A stretch of 64,000 nucleotides of DNA from Alphaproteobacteria bacterium (GTDB lineage: Bacteria > Pseudomonadota > Alphaproteobacteria > CALKHQ01): contig CBDDFZ010000002.1 in assembly GCA_965227515.1 (NCBI GenBank), positions 192,001-256,000 on the forward strand. Reading direction: 5' to 3'. This document shows, in pieces, positions 19,256-28,970 of the stretch. Under the pieces are notes generated by a model. It searched no databases. It was not told the origin of the DNA and saw nothing but the letters and a program-made list of their open reading frames with translations. Every line of letters starts with the position of its first letter. Position 1 is the first letter of the stretch. Position numbers and translations under genes: made by a program.

Positions 19256-20149
19256 TCAGCCCGAGACTTCGACGCCCGACCATTCCTCGATCGGCTTGAT
19301 GATCTCGGTCAGGTCGGCGGCATCGCCGAGCCGTCCTTGCGCGATAGTCAGCAACTGCTTCACCGCGCTGCCGACGATCATCGGCACGCCCTGCGCCTCG
19401 CTCTCCTCCAGGCACAGCCGGATGTCCTTCGCGGAAAGACCGAGGGCGAAGCCGAAATCGAAGCTGCGGGTCAGCACGAACTTGGGGATCTTGGTCAGCG
19501 TGGCGTTGGAGCTGCCGCTGCCGGCGTTGATCACCTCGACCATGACAGCGGGGTCGAGCCCGGCCTTGGCGCCCAGCACCAGCGCCTCCGAGGCAATCGA
19601 CAATGCGGTCACCGACATCAGGTTGTTGATGACCTTGATGGTCTGGCCCATGCCCGGCTCCGCGCCGACATGGATCACCTTGCCGAAGCATTCCAGGATC
19701 GGCCGAACCTCGTCCAGCACCGCCGCGGGGCAGGCCGCCATCAACGCCAGCGTGCCCTTCTCGGCGCCAGCAACGCCGCCGCTGATCGGGCAGTCCACCG
19801 GGGAGATGCCGGCATCCGCCAGGCCCTTGGCGACCGACTTCGCCACCTTCGACCCGGTGGTCGAGAGGTCGACGACGATGCGCACCGCGCTGCCGCCGCT
19901 CAACCCATCCGGCCCCAGCGCCACAGCCGACACGATCTCGGGCGTCGGCAGCGACATCAGAACGATCTCGGCCACGTTGGCGAGCGCGGCCGGGCTCTCC
20001 GCGCACTCCGCCCCGGCATCGACCAGGGCCGCCACCGCGTCCGGGTTGGTGTCGAACACCGTCACCTTGTGGCCGGCATCCAGCAGCCGCCTGGCCAAGG
20101 GTGTGCCCATCCGGCCGACGCCGGCGAAGCCGATGCGGACGTCGCTCAT
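19256..20149 (-). CDS. Beta-hydroxyacid dehydrogenase (3-hydroxyisobutyrate/tartronate-semialdehyde reductase family)
   Basis: IGFAGVGRMG, DCPISGGVAGAEKGTL and KVINNL motifs. Confidence 0.9.
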   Translation of the reverse strand: MSDVRIGFAGVGRMGTPLARRLLDAGHKVTVFDTNPDAVAALVDAGAECAESPAALANVAEIVLMSLPTPEIVSAVALGPDGLSGGSAVRIVVDLSTTGSKVAKSVAKGLADAGISPVDCPISGGVAGAEKGTLALMAACPAAVLDEVRPILECFGKVIHVGAEPGMGQTIKVINNLMSVTALSIASEALVLGAKAGLDPAVMVEVINAGSGSSNATLTKIPKFVLTRSFDFGFALGLSAKDIRLCLEESEAQGVPMIVGSAVKQLLTIAQGRLGDAADLTEIIKPIEEWSGVEVSG

Positions 20150-20204
20150 AACTGCATTCCTTCCATTTCGCTGTCGCGCCGGTGGCGCTGCGCCCTTCGG
20201 CCGC

Positions 20205-21002
20205 TCAGGCGATAGGGTCCAGGTCGAGGCGCACGATGTCGGCGACGCCGTCCAGTGCAGTGGGATAACGCTCCAGCACCAGCGGGTCGTGGCCCGGGAT
20301 GACGTGCTGCGGCGAGGACGCCAGCCGGCGCATGGTGTCATAGCCGTTCAGCATGTCGGTGGCGCTCTCCACCACGGGGAAAGGCCGGTTCTGTTCGAAG
20401 TTGGCGTAGAAGTGCGAGGCATCGGAGCCGAGCACCACCCAGCCGCGCTGGGTCAGCACGCGCACCACCTGCAGGCCCTTGGTGTGGCCGCCGACCCGGT
20501 GCACCGTGATGTTCGGCGCGACCTCGGAATCGCCATCGTGGAACTGCACCCGGTCGTCGTAGATCTTGGTCACCATGCTGGCGACGTCCCCACCGTCGAA
20601 GGCATGGCGCAGATAGGCGTGGCACATGCCGCGCCCGGTGCAATAGGCCATCTCCGCGTCCTGCACGTGATAGCGCGCCTGCGGAAACAGATTGCGGTTG
20701 CCGGCATGGTCGAAATGCATGTGCGAGATGATGATGTCGCGCACGCCGTCGGGGTCGATGCCGACCATCTTCAGCCCGTCGCCCACCGGCCGCAGCAATT
20801 GGCGGTTGCGCCGTTCCGCGGAACTGGCGTCATAGCCGGTATCGAGCAGCAACGTCCGCTCGCGGCCGACGATGGCCCAGACGAAATAGTCCAGCGGCAT
20901 CGGGCCGTCGTGCGGATCGCCGCCGATGAAGTTGGCCGCCGCCGTGCGGTCGTGATGGCCGTAGCGGATCGCGTAGAGTTCGTATGTGTCGTCCATCTGC
21001 AT
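20205..21002 (-). CDS. Metallo-beta-lactamase-fold lactonase (AHL-lactonase-like family)
   Basis: LLDTG, SHMHFDHAG, GGHTKG, SDASH and IPGHDP metal-binding motifs. Confidence 0.88.
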   Translation of the reverse strand: MQMDDTYELYAIRYGHHDRTAAANFIGGDPHDGPMPLDYFVWAIVGRERTLLLDTGYDASSAERRNRQLLRPVGDGLKMVGIDPDGVRDIIISHMHFDHAGNRNLFPQARYHVQDAEMAYCTGRGMCHAYLRHAFDGGDVASMVTKIYDDRVQFHDGDSEVAPNITVHRVGGHTKGLQVVRVLTQRGWVVLGSDASHFYANFEQNRPFPVVESATDMLNGYDTMRRLASSPQHVIPGHDPLVLERYPTALDGVADIVRLDLDPIA

Positions 21003-21023
21003 GTCCTCCCTCGCCGCGCTATT

Positions 21024-21899
21024 CTAGCTTGCGAGCCAGCCCGCTTCGACCGGCAGGGTTGCCCCCGTCATGTCGCGGGCGACCGGGCCGCAGAGGAACA
21101 CCAGCAGATCCGACACGCTTTGTGGCGCGACGAAATTGCCGCCGGGCTGCTTGCCCTCCAAGAAGATGCGCTCGGCCTGGTCGCGGTCGGTGTCGCGCTC
21201 GGACATGATCCCGATCACCCGGTCCTCGGTGCCCGGCGTCAGCACCGAGCCGGGGCAGATGCAGTGGCAGGTGACGTTGCGGTCCAGGTTCTCCAGCGCG
21301 ACGGCGCGGGTCAGGCCGAGCAGGCCCGACTTCGTGGCGACGTAGCCGACCCGGTCCGCCGTGCCGCGAATGCCGTAGACCGACGTGATGTTGAAGATGC
21401 GCCCGAAATTGCTGTCGCGCATGGCCGGCAGCAGGCGGCGGATCGCGTAGAAGGCCGCCGACAGGTTGACTGCCAGCGACGCCTCCCAGGACTCGGTCGG
21501 GAAGTCGATGACCGGGGCGAAATGGCGGACAACGGCATTGTTGACCAGGATGTCGACCCGCTCGAACCGCTGGCAGGCGGCGTCGATCAGGTCCTCGACC
21601 CCGGCCGGCGACGACAGGTCGGCGCGCAGGTAATCGACATCGACCCCCTCGTCGTCGGCAAGCTGCCGACAGACCGGCGCCATCGCGTCGTCGTCGGCGA
21701 GACCGTGCAGCATGACCGATGCGCCGGCGTGCGCCAGGCCCTTGGCGATCGCGTGGCCGAGGCCGCCGGTGGAACCGGTGACCAGAGCGCGGTAGCCCTC
21801 AAGGGTGCGGGCCGGCGCGCGCGGCGGCGTCAGCGGTCCAACCCTGTCCTGCTCCGTGTCCGCGCCCAATCGCCAACACCCCCTGTTCAGCCGTGCCAC
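21024..21899 (-). CDS. Short-chain dehydrogenase/reductase (3-hydroxybutyrate-dehydrogenase-like)
   Basis: TGSTGGLG, LVNNA and YVATK motifs; true start is uncertain and may be up to about 70 nt downstream. Confidence 0.85.
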   Translation of the reverse strand: MARLNRGCWRLGADTEQDRVGPLTPPRAPARTLEGYRALVTGSTGGLGHAIAKGLAHAGASVMLHGLADDDAMAPVCRQLADDEGVDVDYLRADLSSPAGVEDLIDAACQRFERVDILVNNAVVRHFAPVIDFPTESWEASLAVNLSAAFYAIRRLLPAMRDSNFGRIFNITSVYGIRGTADRVGYVATKSGLLGLTRAVALENLDRNVTCHCICPGSVLTPGTEDRVIGIMSERDTDRDQAERIFLEGKQPGGNFVAPQSVSDLLVFLCGPVARDMTGATLPVEAGWLAS

Positions 21900-21962
21900 G
21901 CGAACTTGCCGTTGGCGCCGCTGCCATTCCCCACCGGCAACTGCCCCGACGGCCGAAGTTCA

Positions 21963-21976
21963 TGATACCGGTAACA
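21963..21976. promoter_or_regulatory. LacI/GntR-type operator TGATACCGGTAACA
   Basis: Near-palindrome with central CG upstream of the leftward SDR operon; identical to the reverse complement of 23159-23172. Confidence 0.7.
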
Positions 21977-22019
21977 CGCGCGACTATAGGACCGGGCCTT
22001 GGCCGATGCAACGACGGAC

Positions 22020-23060
22020 TCAGGTGCTTTCGCGCTGGATGACCTCGAACTTCAGGTCGACCACGCTGCCGCGCAGGTGCTCGGCATCGTCGATGATGCG
22101 GCTCAGCAGCATGCGCGCCGCCCGCTCGCCGATGTCGTGCCGCGGCAGGCGCAACGTCGTCACCGACGGGGAGACATGGCGCAGCAGGTCGACATCGTCG
22201 AAGCTGGCGATGGCGATGCGGTCGGGCACCGCCCAGCCGCGCTTGCCGCACTCGAACAGCGCTCCCACGGCCAGCACGTCGCCGGCGCAGAACAGCGCAT
22301 CGACCTGCGGCACCGTCTGGACGATACGGGCCACCACCTCGGCGCCGGCGGCGAGCCCGCGCTCGGTCTCGACCACCAGGCGCGGGTCGTAGTCCAGGCC
22401 CAGGTCGTCCAGCGCCTCCCTGTAGCCCCGGATCCGGTCCTGGGAGCGGTCGTTGTGCACCGAGTAGAGCGAGGCGAAGGCGATGCGTTTGTAGCCCAGG
22501 CGGCCGAGATGCATGGTCATCGCGTGCGACGCGTCGCGGTTGGAATAGCTGACCGCCATGTCGAGCGGTTCGGCGGGAATGTTGCCGTTTTCCACTACCG
22601 GGACGCCGGATTTGCGGATCTTGCCGATCGCATCGGGCGTGTGCTCGGTGCTGTGCAGTACCAGCCCCCCGACCCTATGGCTGAGGAACACGGTGATCAG
22701 TTCCTCCTCCTCGTTCGGGTCGTGGCCGGACTCCGCGATCATCAACTGGAAGCCTGAGCGTTTCAGCACCTCCGACAGGCCCTTCACGGTTTGCGTGTAG
22801 ATCGAGTTGTCGATGCTGGGCACGATCAGGCCGATGGTCGTCGAGCGGTTGGACGACAGGCTGCCGGCGAGGTGGTTGGGTAGATATCCGATCTCGCGGA
22901 CGGCGCGCAGCACGCGCTCGCGCATCTCGTCGGAGACCTTGCTGGGCTCCTTCAACGCGCGCGACACGGTCATCGTCGAGACCCCGGCGCGGATCGCGAC
23001 ATCGCGCATGCGAGCGCTGCCGTTTCCGGGCCCTGACCGGGAGGACGAGCGCTTCGGCAT
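22020..23060 (-). CDS. LacI-family transcriptional regulator (gluconate-repressor-like)
   Basis: MRDVAIRAGVSTMTVSRAL HTH, YLPNHLAGSL hinge and a periplasmic-binding-like effector domain. Confidence 0.93.
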   Translation of the reverse strand: MPKRSSSRSGPGNGSARMRDVAIRAGVSTMTVSRALKEPSKVSDEMRERVLRAVREIGYLPNHLAGSLSSNRSTTIGLIVPSIDNSIYTQTVKGLSEVLKRSGFQLMIAESGHDPNEEEELITVFLSHRVGGLVLHSTEHTPDAIGKIRKSGVPVVENGNIPAEPLDMAVSYSNRDASHAMTMHLGRLGYKRIAFASLYSVHNDRSQDRIRGYREALDDLGLDYDPRLVVETERGLAAGAEVVARIVQTVPQVDALFCAGDVLAVGALFECGKRGWAVPDRIAIASFDDVDLLRHVSPSVTTLRLPRHDIGERAARMLLSRIIDDAEHLRGSVVDLKFEVIQREST

Positions 23061-23158
23061 GGTGGCTCCTTGTTATGCGGCCATGTTAATCAAAGCTGCC
23101 TTGCGTTACGCCAGCAAGGGAATCTTGCCCCGATACGACAATCTGATACCATTTCTGT

Positions 23159-23172
23159 TGTTACCGGTATCA
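23159..23172. promoter_or_regulatory. LacI/GntR-type operator TGTTACCGGTATCA
   Basis: In the AT-rich divergent gap upstream of the LacI gene; a half-site TGATACC lies at about 23144. Confidence 0.7.
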
Positions 23173-23239
23173 GATTTTGCGAGAAACCGATGGCGTCGGT
23201 GCATCGGGCATGTGCGGACGGCGACCGGGAGGGCAAGCG

Positions 23240-23710
23240 GTGCAAGGTAAGAGCGGGCTGGCGGCCGAGCAGGCGATGGTGCGCTATCTGGACGAAGCCA
23301 AGTCGGTCCATGATGCGTTGCGTGCGCTGCTGACCCAGGTCTCCGGCTTCGCGCTGATGCTGATGACATCGCGCGATCTTCGATTGCTGCCGGACGCGCC
23401 CATCGGCAAGGCCGTGTCGGCTTCGGCAGAGGCAACCGAGGCGGCCCGCGCGCTCGCGGTCCCGCCCGATGCCGAACACCACCATCATCATTTGAGCTGC
23501 GCCTGCGCGGCTGTGTCCCAATCGTGCGCCGCGGCTTTGTCCTGCATGGCGCCCGACGCCACCGAGCGCGACCGGGACGCGCTGGTCGCGATGCTGAAGT
23601 CGGCGGTCGGGCACGTGCGGGCACTGGGTGTGCTGATGCCGGGCTTCGAGCCGGTGAAATTCGACCAGGCCTGCTGCGCCGCCCATGCGGCGCCAATGAG
23701 CTTGAACTAG
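23240..23710 (+). CDS. Hypothetical His/Cys-rich helical protein
   Basis: GGGAGG RBS before GTG 23240 (alternative ATG 23276); contains HHHHHLSCAC and a C-terminal CCAAH; codon usage looks coding. Confidence 0.7.
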   Translation: MQGKSGLAAEQAMVRYLDEAKSVHDALRALLTQVSGFALMLMTSRDLRLLPDAPIGKAVSASAEATEAARALAVPPDAEHHHHHLSCACAAVSQSCAAALSCMAPDATERDRDALVAMLKSAVGHVRALGVLMPGFEPVKFDQACCAAHAAPMSLN

Positions 23711-23779
23711 GTGGAAGACCGGGAATTGGTCGGAACACCGGCGGCCTGAACCGCAACGCTTTGCCCTGGGGAGGACATC

Positions 23780-24658
23780 ATGGCGGACTATTCGATTTGG
23801 GTGCTTGAGTACGCGGCGGTTGAGCTGTTCCCGTTCAACGTCATGATGTACGGGCCGATGCACGAGGGCACGCGCAAGCTGCCCTATGCCTACGTCGTGC
23901 TGCAGGGCAATGGCGAGACCATCCTGATCGACACCGGCTACGACCATGTCAACTACGGCAAGACGCTGGCCGAGAACTACGGCGTGACCAACTACCACGG
24001 GCCGCGCGAGGTGATGCGCGAATGCGGGGTGGCGCCGGAGGACGTGACCGCGGTCTTCATCACCCACGCCCATTTCGACCACATCGGCGCGATGGACCAT
24101 TTCCCCAACGCCAAGTTCTATCTGCAGAAGCGCGAGCTCGATCAATGGGCCTGGGCGCTGACGCTGGGCCCCGAATTCGGCTTCCTGCTCGGCGGCGGCG
24201 ACCCGGCCGACATCGTGAAGGCGGTCGAGGCGGCCAAGGAAGGCCGGATGATCCTGATCGACGGCGACCAGGAGGATGTGTTGCCCGGCATCGACGTCCA
24301 TCTCGCCGCCGACACCCACACCTACGGCAGCATGTACGTCACGGTGCGCAACGACGGCGCGCGCGACGGCGAGGACAAGTGGGTGTTCGCCGGCGACCTG
24401 ATCTACACCTACGACAACCTCACCGGGCTCGACCCCGACAACCCGCAGATCGTGCCGATCGGGCTCGCGGTCGGCAGCCAGCACAACCTCATGTTCACCA
24501 GCGCGGAGATGCTGAAGTCGGTGGGCGGCGAGGTGCGGCGCGTGATCCCGGTGCACGAGGACCGGCTGAAGGAAACCTTCCCGTCGCGGCTGACCGACCG
24601 TGGCCTCCAAGTGGTGGAAATCGCACTGGCCGACGGGCAGGTCAGCAAGGTGGCCTGA
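23780..24658 (+). CDS. Metallo-beta-lactamase-fold lactonase (AHL-lactonase-like family), second copy
   Basis: GGAGG RBS; LIDTG, THAHFDHIG, DTHTYG, AGDL and IPVHE motifs. Confidence 0.88.
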   Translation: MADYSIWVLEYAAVELFPFNVMMYGPMHEGTRKLPYAYVVLQGNGETILIDTGYDHVNYGKTLAENYGVTNYHGPREVMRECGVAPEDVTAVFITHAHFDHIGAMDHFPNAKFYLQKRELDQWAWALTLGPEFGFLLGGGDPADIVKAVEAAKEGRMILIDGDQEDVLPGIDVHLAADTHTYGSMYVTVRNDGARDGEDKWVFAGDLIYTYDNLTGLDPDNPQIVPIGLAVGSQHNLMFTSAEMLKSVGGEVRRVIPVHEDRLKETFPSRLTDRGLQVVEIALADGQVSKVA

Positions 24659-24739
24659 GCGGATATCCGTGCCAGAACGAGGACTTGGCATTCTCGCCCT
24701 GGTGGCTGCTGGGTTTAGACTTCTCACAAACAGACTACT

Positions 24740-24916
24740 GTCATCCTCGCCCTTGTGGCGAGGATCCATTTGTGTCCGAAATACCAACGGGTTACAGGAT
24801 TCACGCCAGTCAGTGGCGGGCAGCAGATAGATACCGAAACGCCCAGGCGTCCAGCACATCAGGCGCGTCTCGTTCCCTGCTCATCCATGGGTCCTCGCCA
24901 CAAGGGCGAGGACGAC
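24740..24916. repeat. REP-doublet (REPIN-like) element, copy 2
   Basis: GTCATCCTCGCCCTTGTGGCGAGGATCCAT ... ATGGGTCCTCGCCACAAGGGCGAGGACGAC, between convergent genes. Confidence 0.82.
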
Positions 24917-24984
24917 GAATGGTTGTTGTTTCCGAGAACGATCTGGGGATCGATCGGCGCAGCGGTGGATAACGCCCGCCGGTC

Positions 24985-25767
24985 CTAACCCTGATCGGCG
25001 CCGGCGACGAACCCGCCCCCGTCGATGACCACCGCCTGGCCGGTGATGAACGACGCGGCGTCGGACGACAGGAACAGCACAAGCTGGGCGATCTCCGACG
25101 GGTCGCTGATCCGGCCCATCGGGATCATCGGCAGCACCACGTCGCGCGCGCCCTGCTCGCTGCCGAACATATCGGTCAGCAGCGGCGTCATCACCGAGCC
25201 CGGCGCGATGGCGTTGACGCGGATGTTCTTGCGCGCCACCTCCAGCGCCACCGAGTTGGTCAGCCCGATCACGCCCCACTTGCTGGCGCAATAGACGGCG
25301 GTGGTGGCGAAGCCCATCACCCCGAACAGCGACGACGTGTTCACGATGGCGCCGCCGCCCTTGGCGATCATGTGCGGCACCTGGTGCTTCAGGCCGTTGA
25401 AGATGCCCTTCAGGTTGATGTCCATCATGAAGTCGTACTCGGCGTTGTCCAGGTCCTGGACAGGGGCCGCCTTGCCCGAAACGCCGGCATTGTTGAACGC
25501 CACGTCGATGCGGCCGAAGCGGTCGAACGCGTTCTGGTGCAGCCGCGCCATGGCGGCGGTGTCGCGGACGTCGGCCTCCTCGAATGCGGCCTCGACGCCC
25601 AGGTCACTGAGCTCGGCGGCCAGGCTCTCGCCCTTGTCCTGCCCGATGCCGGACGCATAGACGTTCGCCCCGGCTTGCGCGAAGGCGAGCGCCGTCGCGC
25701 GGCCTATGCCGGTGGTGGCGCCGATCACCAGCACGCCCTTGCCGGAGAAATCGTACTTGACCTGCAT
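24985..25767 (-). CDS. Short-chain dehydrogenase/reductase
   Basis: GATTGIG, AFNNAG, YCASK and IRVNAIAPG motifs; GGAGGAG RBS before ATG 25767. Confidence 0.92.
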   Translation of the reverse strand: MQVKYDFSGKGVLVIGATTGIGRATALAFAQAGANVYASGIGQDKGESLAAELSDLGVEAAFEEADVRDTAAMARLHQNAFDRFGRIDVAFNNAGVSGKAAPVQDLDNAEYDFMMDINLKGIFNGLKHQVPHMIAKGGGAIVNTSSLFGVMGFATTAVYCASKWGVIGLTNSVALEVARKNIRVNAIAPGSVMTPLLTDMFGSEQGARDVVLPMIPMGRISDPSEIAQLVLFLSSDAASFITGQAVVIDGGGFVAGADQG

Positions 25768-25844
25768 CTGATGCTCCTCCCCTGCGGTCCCGTTGGCGCG
25801 GCACCGCACAGCGGTGCGCACATCCGGTCCAGATAGCGCGATTG

Positions 25845-25858
25845 TGGTACCGCTAACA
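25845..25858. promoter_or_regulatory. LacI/GntR-type operator variant TGGTACCGCTAACA
   Basis: About 80 nt upstream of the SDR start; 12/14 identical to the 21963 site. Confidence 0.6.
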
Positions 25859-26157
25859 AGAGCGTTTGGCCCGGCTGGCGGCCGCAAGCCGCGCGATCCG
25901 GGGCTGGTTCGCGCGCGCACGGCGGGTTGCTGGTGGGTTGCCGGCGGGCCGTCCGGGCCGTTGCCGCGATTGCGGCCCGGCAATCCGCCAACAAGGGCGG
26001 CGTGGCGGCCAGCCTGTTGTTTTGATGCAGAAAATCGGCGCGGGCGGCGACAGGGATGGTTTACCGCAGCGCAAGGATCACGGGCAGTCGCGCGGTGCCG
26101 CCGCGTCGGGGCGCTTCGCCACGACAGACACCTTGCCAGCCATGCGAAACTGCGTCA

Positions 26158-26171
26158 TGATACCGGTACCA
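26158..26171. promoter_or_regulatory. LacI/GntR-type operator variant TGATACCGGTACCA
   Basis: Upstream of the CUT2 ABC operon; 13/14 identical to the 21963 site. Confidence 0.65.
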
Positions 26172-26302
26172 AGCATGGCAGCCCGTGTGTCTTCGCCAAT
26201 TGCCGCGGGCCGCCGCCGAGTGAGGGTTTGGACGAGTGAGGTTTGCGGCGGGTGAGGTTCGAATGGAGTGCGCCGGGGGAACCGTGCCGGACCGATCGCG
26301 AG

Positions 26303-26387
26303 TGCCTGAACAACACGGACTGCCTGAATCACGCTGAATGCACGACGCTGAATGAACGACACCGACTGAACGACACCTATTGAACAA
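26303..26387 (+). repeat. Degenerate array of about six (C)TGAA..CAC units in the leader of the ABC operon
   Basis: tgcctgaacaacac / tgcctgaatcac / gctgaatgcacgac / gctgaatgaacgacac / cgactgaacgacac / ctattgaacaa. Confidence 0.5.
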
Positions 26388-26461
26388 GCCGGGCGTGCGC
26401 CGTTGCAGACGATCAAGTGGCGCATCGCCCGATCGGAACCAAACAGGGGGAGGAACCCGAT

Positions 26462-27400
26462 ATGAACAAACTGCTGCTCGCCACGGTGGCGGTCGGCGCG
26501 ACGGTCGCAGCGACCGCCGCTTCGGCACAGGACGAAAAGACGCTCGGTATCGTGGCGCTGCTCGCCAACGATGCGTTGAACATCGCCGTCATCAATGGCG
26601 CGACCGAGGTCGCGGAGGCCAATGGCTGGACGGTCAATGTGATCGACACCCAGGCCAGCGCCGACCAGGCAAATGCCGCCATGAACACCTTTGTGGCCCA
26701 GGGCGTCGACGCGATCTTCACCCTGGCCTACGCGTCGACATCGCTCGGCTCCGGCATCGCCGCGGCGCGCGAGGCGGAAATCCCGGTGGCCGCCTGGGGC
26801 GGCGAGATCGTCGACGGTATCGTGGTCACCACCAGCGGCCAGCAGGTCGGCGACGATTCGGTGAACTACCTGCTCGAGGTCGTCGGCGACACCGCCAACA
26901 TCCTGGCTCTGACCTTCCACCCCGGCAAGCTGTGCATCGACCGCGGCGTCGGCTTCGATGAAGGCATCGCCGGCATGGAGGGCATCGACGTCGAATATGC
27001 CGAGGTCGTCGTGCCCGGCCAGGTGCAGTTCGGCAACGCCACCGCGGCGGCATGGCTGACCGCGCACCCCGGCACCGACGGTGTGCCGCTGGCGATCTGG
27101 TCGTGCTGGGACGAGCCGACCACCGGTGCCGTGGCCGCCCTTCGCCAGGCCGGCCGCACCGACGTGACGACGGTTTCGATCAATGGCAGCCTGCAGGCGC
27201 TAGACCTGGTCAAGAATGGCTACATGACCGCCACGGTGTGGCAGCCCGCCCACGAAGAGGGCAAGCAGGTCATGGAAGCGATCCTGGAGGCGATCGAGGC
27301 TGGTGACGCCTGGGAGCCGAAGGTGATCTCGATCCCCGGCGTGGTGGTCACCCAGGACAATGTGGAGCAGTTCCTGGCAGAACACCCGGATGGCATGTGA
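26462..27400 (+). CDS. Sugar ABC transporter substrate-binding protein (RbsB-like)
   Basis: GGGGAGG RBS, Sec signal peptide, Peripla_BP_4-like (VAQGVDAIF, ATVWQPA). Confidence 0.88.
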   Translation: MNKLLLATVAVGATVAATAASAQDEKTLGIVALLANDALNIAVINGATEVAEANGWTVNVIDTQASADQANAAMNTFVAQGVDAIFTLAYASTSLGSGIAAAREAEIPVAAWGGEIVDGIVVTTSGQQVGDDSVNYLLEVVGDTANILALTFHPGKLCIDRGVGFDEGIAGMEGIDVEYAEVVVPGQVQFGNATAAAWLTAHPGTDGVPLAIWSCWDEPTTGAVAALRQAGRTDVTTVSINGSLQALDLVKNGYMTATVWQPAHEEGKQVMEAILEAIEAGDAWEPKVISIPGVVVTQDNVEQFLAEHPDGM

Positions 27401-27413
27401 CACATCGGTGGAG

Positions 27414-28970
27414 ATGACGACGCCGGGGGAGGGTGCGCCTTCCCCCGGTGCCTGGATGCAAATCCGAGGACTGACCAAACACTTCGCCGGTGAGCTGGCC
27501 CTGGACAGCGTCGACCTGGATGTCGAGCGCGGCAAGGTCCACGGGCTGGTCGGCGCTAACGGTGCCGGCAAGTCCACACTGATCCGCTGCCTCGCCGGGG
27601 TCACCGTGCCCAACCGCGGCAGCATCAGCATCGGTGGCGAAGAGTTGCACAAGGGCTCGCCCCACGCGTCCGAGCGTGCGGGCCTTGCCTTCATCCACCA
27701 GGAATTGAACCTGATCCCGCAATTCAGCGCGCTGCAGAACATGCTGCTCGGCGTGCCGAAGGTGACGCGGTTCGGGCTGATCGACTGGCGGCGCTCCGGC
27801 GTCGGGCCGCGCGCGGCGGCCGAACGGGTGGGCATCCGCTTCCCGCTGGAAACCCGCGTTTCCGACCTCACGGTCGCCGAGCGCTGGCTGGTGATGATCG
27901 GCAAGGCGCTGGCCCGCGACGCCGCGATGATCGCGATGGACGAGCCGACGGCATCGCTCTCCGGGCCGGAAAGCGAGCAACTGTTCTCGATCATCCGCGA
28001 TCTGTCGGCGCAAGGCGTGGCGATCCTCTATGTCTCGCACCGGCTGGAGGAGGTGCTCGACCTCTGCGACCGGATCACGGTGCTGCGCGACGGCCGTATC
28101 GTGGCCGAGGAGGAGCGGGGCGCGCTCGACAAGAAGGGCCTGGTGCGGGCGATCATCGGCCATGACGTGGCGAGCGTGCACGACACCGACCGATTCGCGG
28201 CGGACCGCGCCCAGCCGCCGGTGTTTTCCGCCCGCAACGTGTCGTGGAAGACCAGGGTCAGGAACGTCAGCTTCGATCTCTACCGTGGCGAGGTGCTGGC
28301 GCTGGGCGGCCTGGTCGGCGCCGGCCGCACCGAGCTCGCCCATCTCGCCGCCGGCGTCACCCGCCCCGACAGCGGGCATTTCGAGCTTGGCGGCGAGGTG
28401 CTGCGCGTGTCCGGCGAGGCCCAGGCGATCGATGCCGGCATCGCCCTGGTGCCGGAGGAACGCCGCTCCCAGGGCCTGATGCTGCAGCAAACGGTGGGCT
28501 TCAACATCAACGTGGCGACGCTGCGCCAGATCCGCGCGGTGCCGGGCCTGCCGTTCGTGTCGACGCAAAAGGCGCGGCGCCAGGCCGAGCGGCTGATCGG
28601 CGAGCTTGGCATCAAGACGCCGTCGGCCCTGGTCAAGATCGCCGGCCTTTCCGGCGGCAACCAGCAGAAGGCGCTGATCGCGCGCTGGCTGCCGGCCGGC
28701 ATGCGCCTGTTGATCCTCGACGAGCCGTCGCGCGGCGTCGATGTCGGCGCGCGCGAGGAAATCCACGCCGCGATCCGCGAGCTGGCACGCTCGGGCGTCG
28801 GCATGCTGGTGATCTCCTCCGACGTGGAGGAACTGGCGCTGCTGGCCGACCGGGTGCTGGTGATGCGCGAGGGCCGGATCACCGGCGAGCTGACCGGCGG
28901 CGACATCACCGAGGCGGCGATCATCGAACTCAGCTATCACGACGGACAGGACGACGGAGACAACGCCTAA
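27414..28970 (+). CDS. Sugar ABC transporter ATP-binding protein (RbsA/MglA, two ABC domains)
   Basis: GANGAGKS, MDEPTASL, LSGGNQQK and LDEPSRGVDVG motifs; alternative start 27456 after a hairpin at 27421-27450. Confidence 0.93.
   Translation: MTTPGEGAPSPGAWMQIRGLTKHFAGELALDSVDLDVERGKVHGLVGANGAGKSTLIRCLAGVTVPNRGSISIGGEELHKGSPHASERAGLAFIHQELNLIPQFSALQNMLLGVPKVTRFGLIDWRRSGVGPRAAAERVGIRFPLETRVSDLTVAERWLVMIGKALARDAAMIAMDEPTASLSGPESEQLFSIIRDLSAQGVAILYVSHRLEEVLDLCDRITVLRDGRIVAEEERGALDKKGLVRAIIGHDVASVHDTDRFAADRAQPPVFSARNVSWKTRVRNVSFDLYRGEVLALGGLVGAGRTELAHLAAGVTRPDSGHFELGGEVLRVSGEAQAIDAGIALVPEERRSQGLMLQQTVGFNINVATLRQIRAVPGLPFVSTQKARRQAERLIGELGIKTPSALVKIAGLSGGNQQKALIARWLPAGMRLLILDEPSRGVDVGAREEIHAAIRELARSGVGMLVISSDVEELALLADRVLVMREGRITGELTGGDITEAAIIELSYHDGQDDGDNA

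Noticed and set aside
17883-21965. 1360-aa plus-strand ORF
   Set aside because: Antisense shadow of four well-supported minus-strand genes; no recognisable motifs; typical of high-GC DNA
20205-24658. Quorum-quenching system from two AHL-lactonase-like genes
   Set aside because: The family motif does not define the substrate; no LuxI/LuxR nearby; context is sugar-type catabolism
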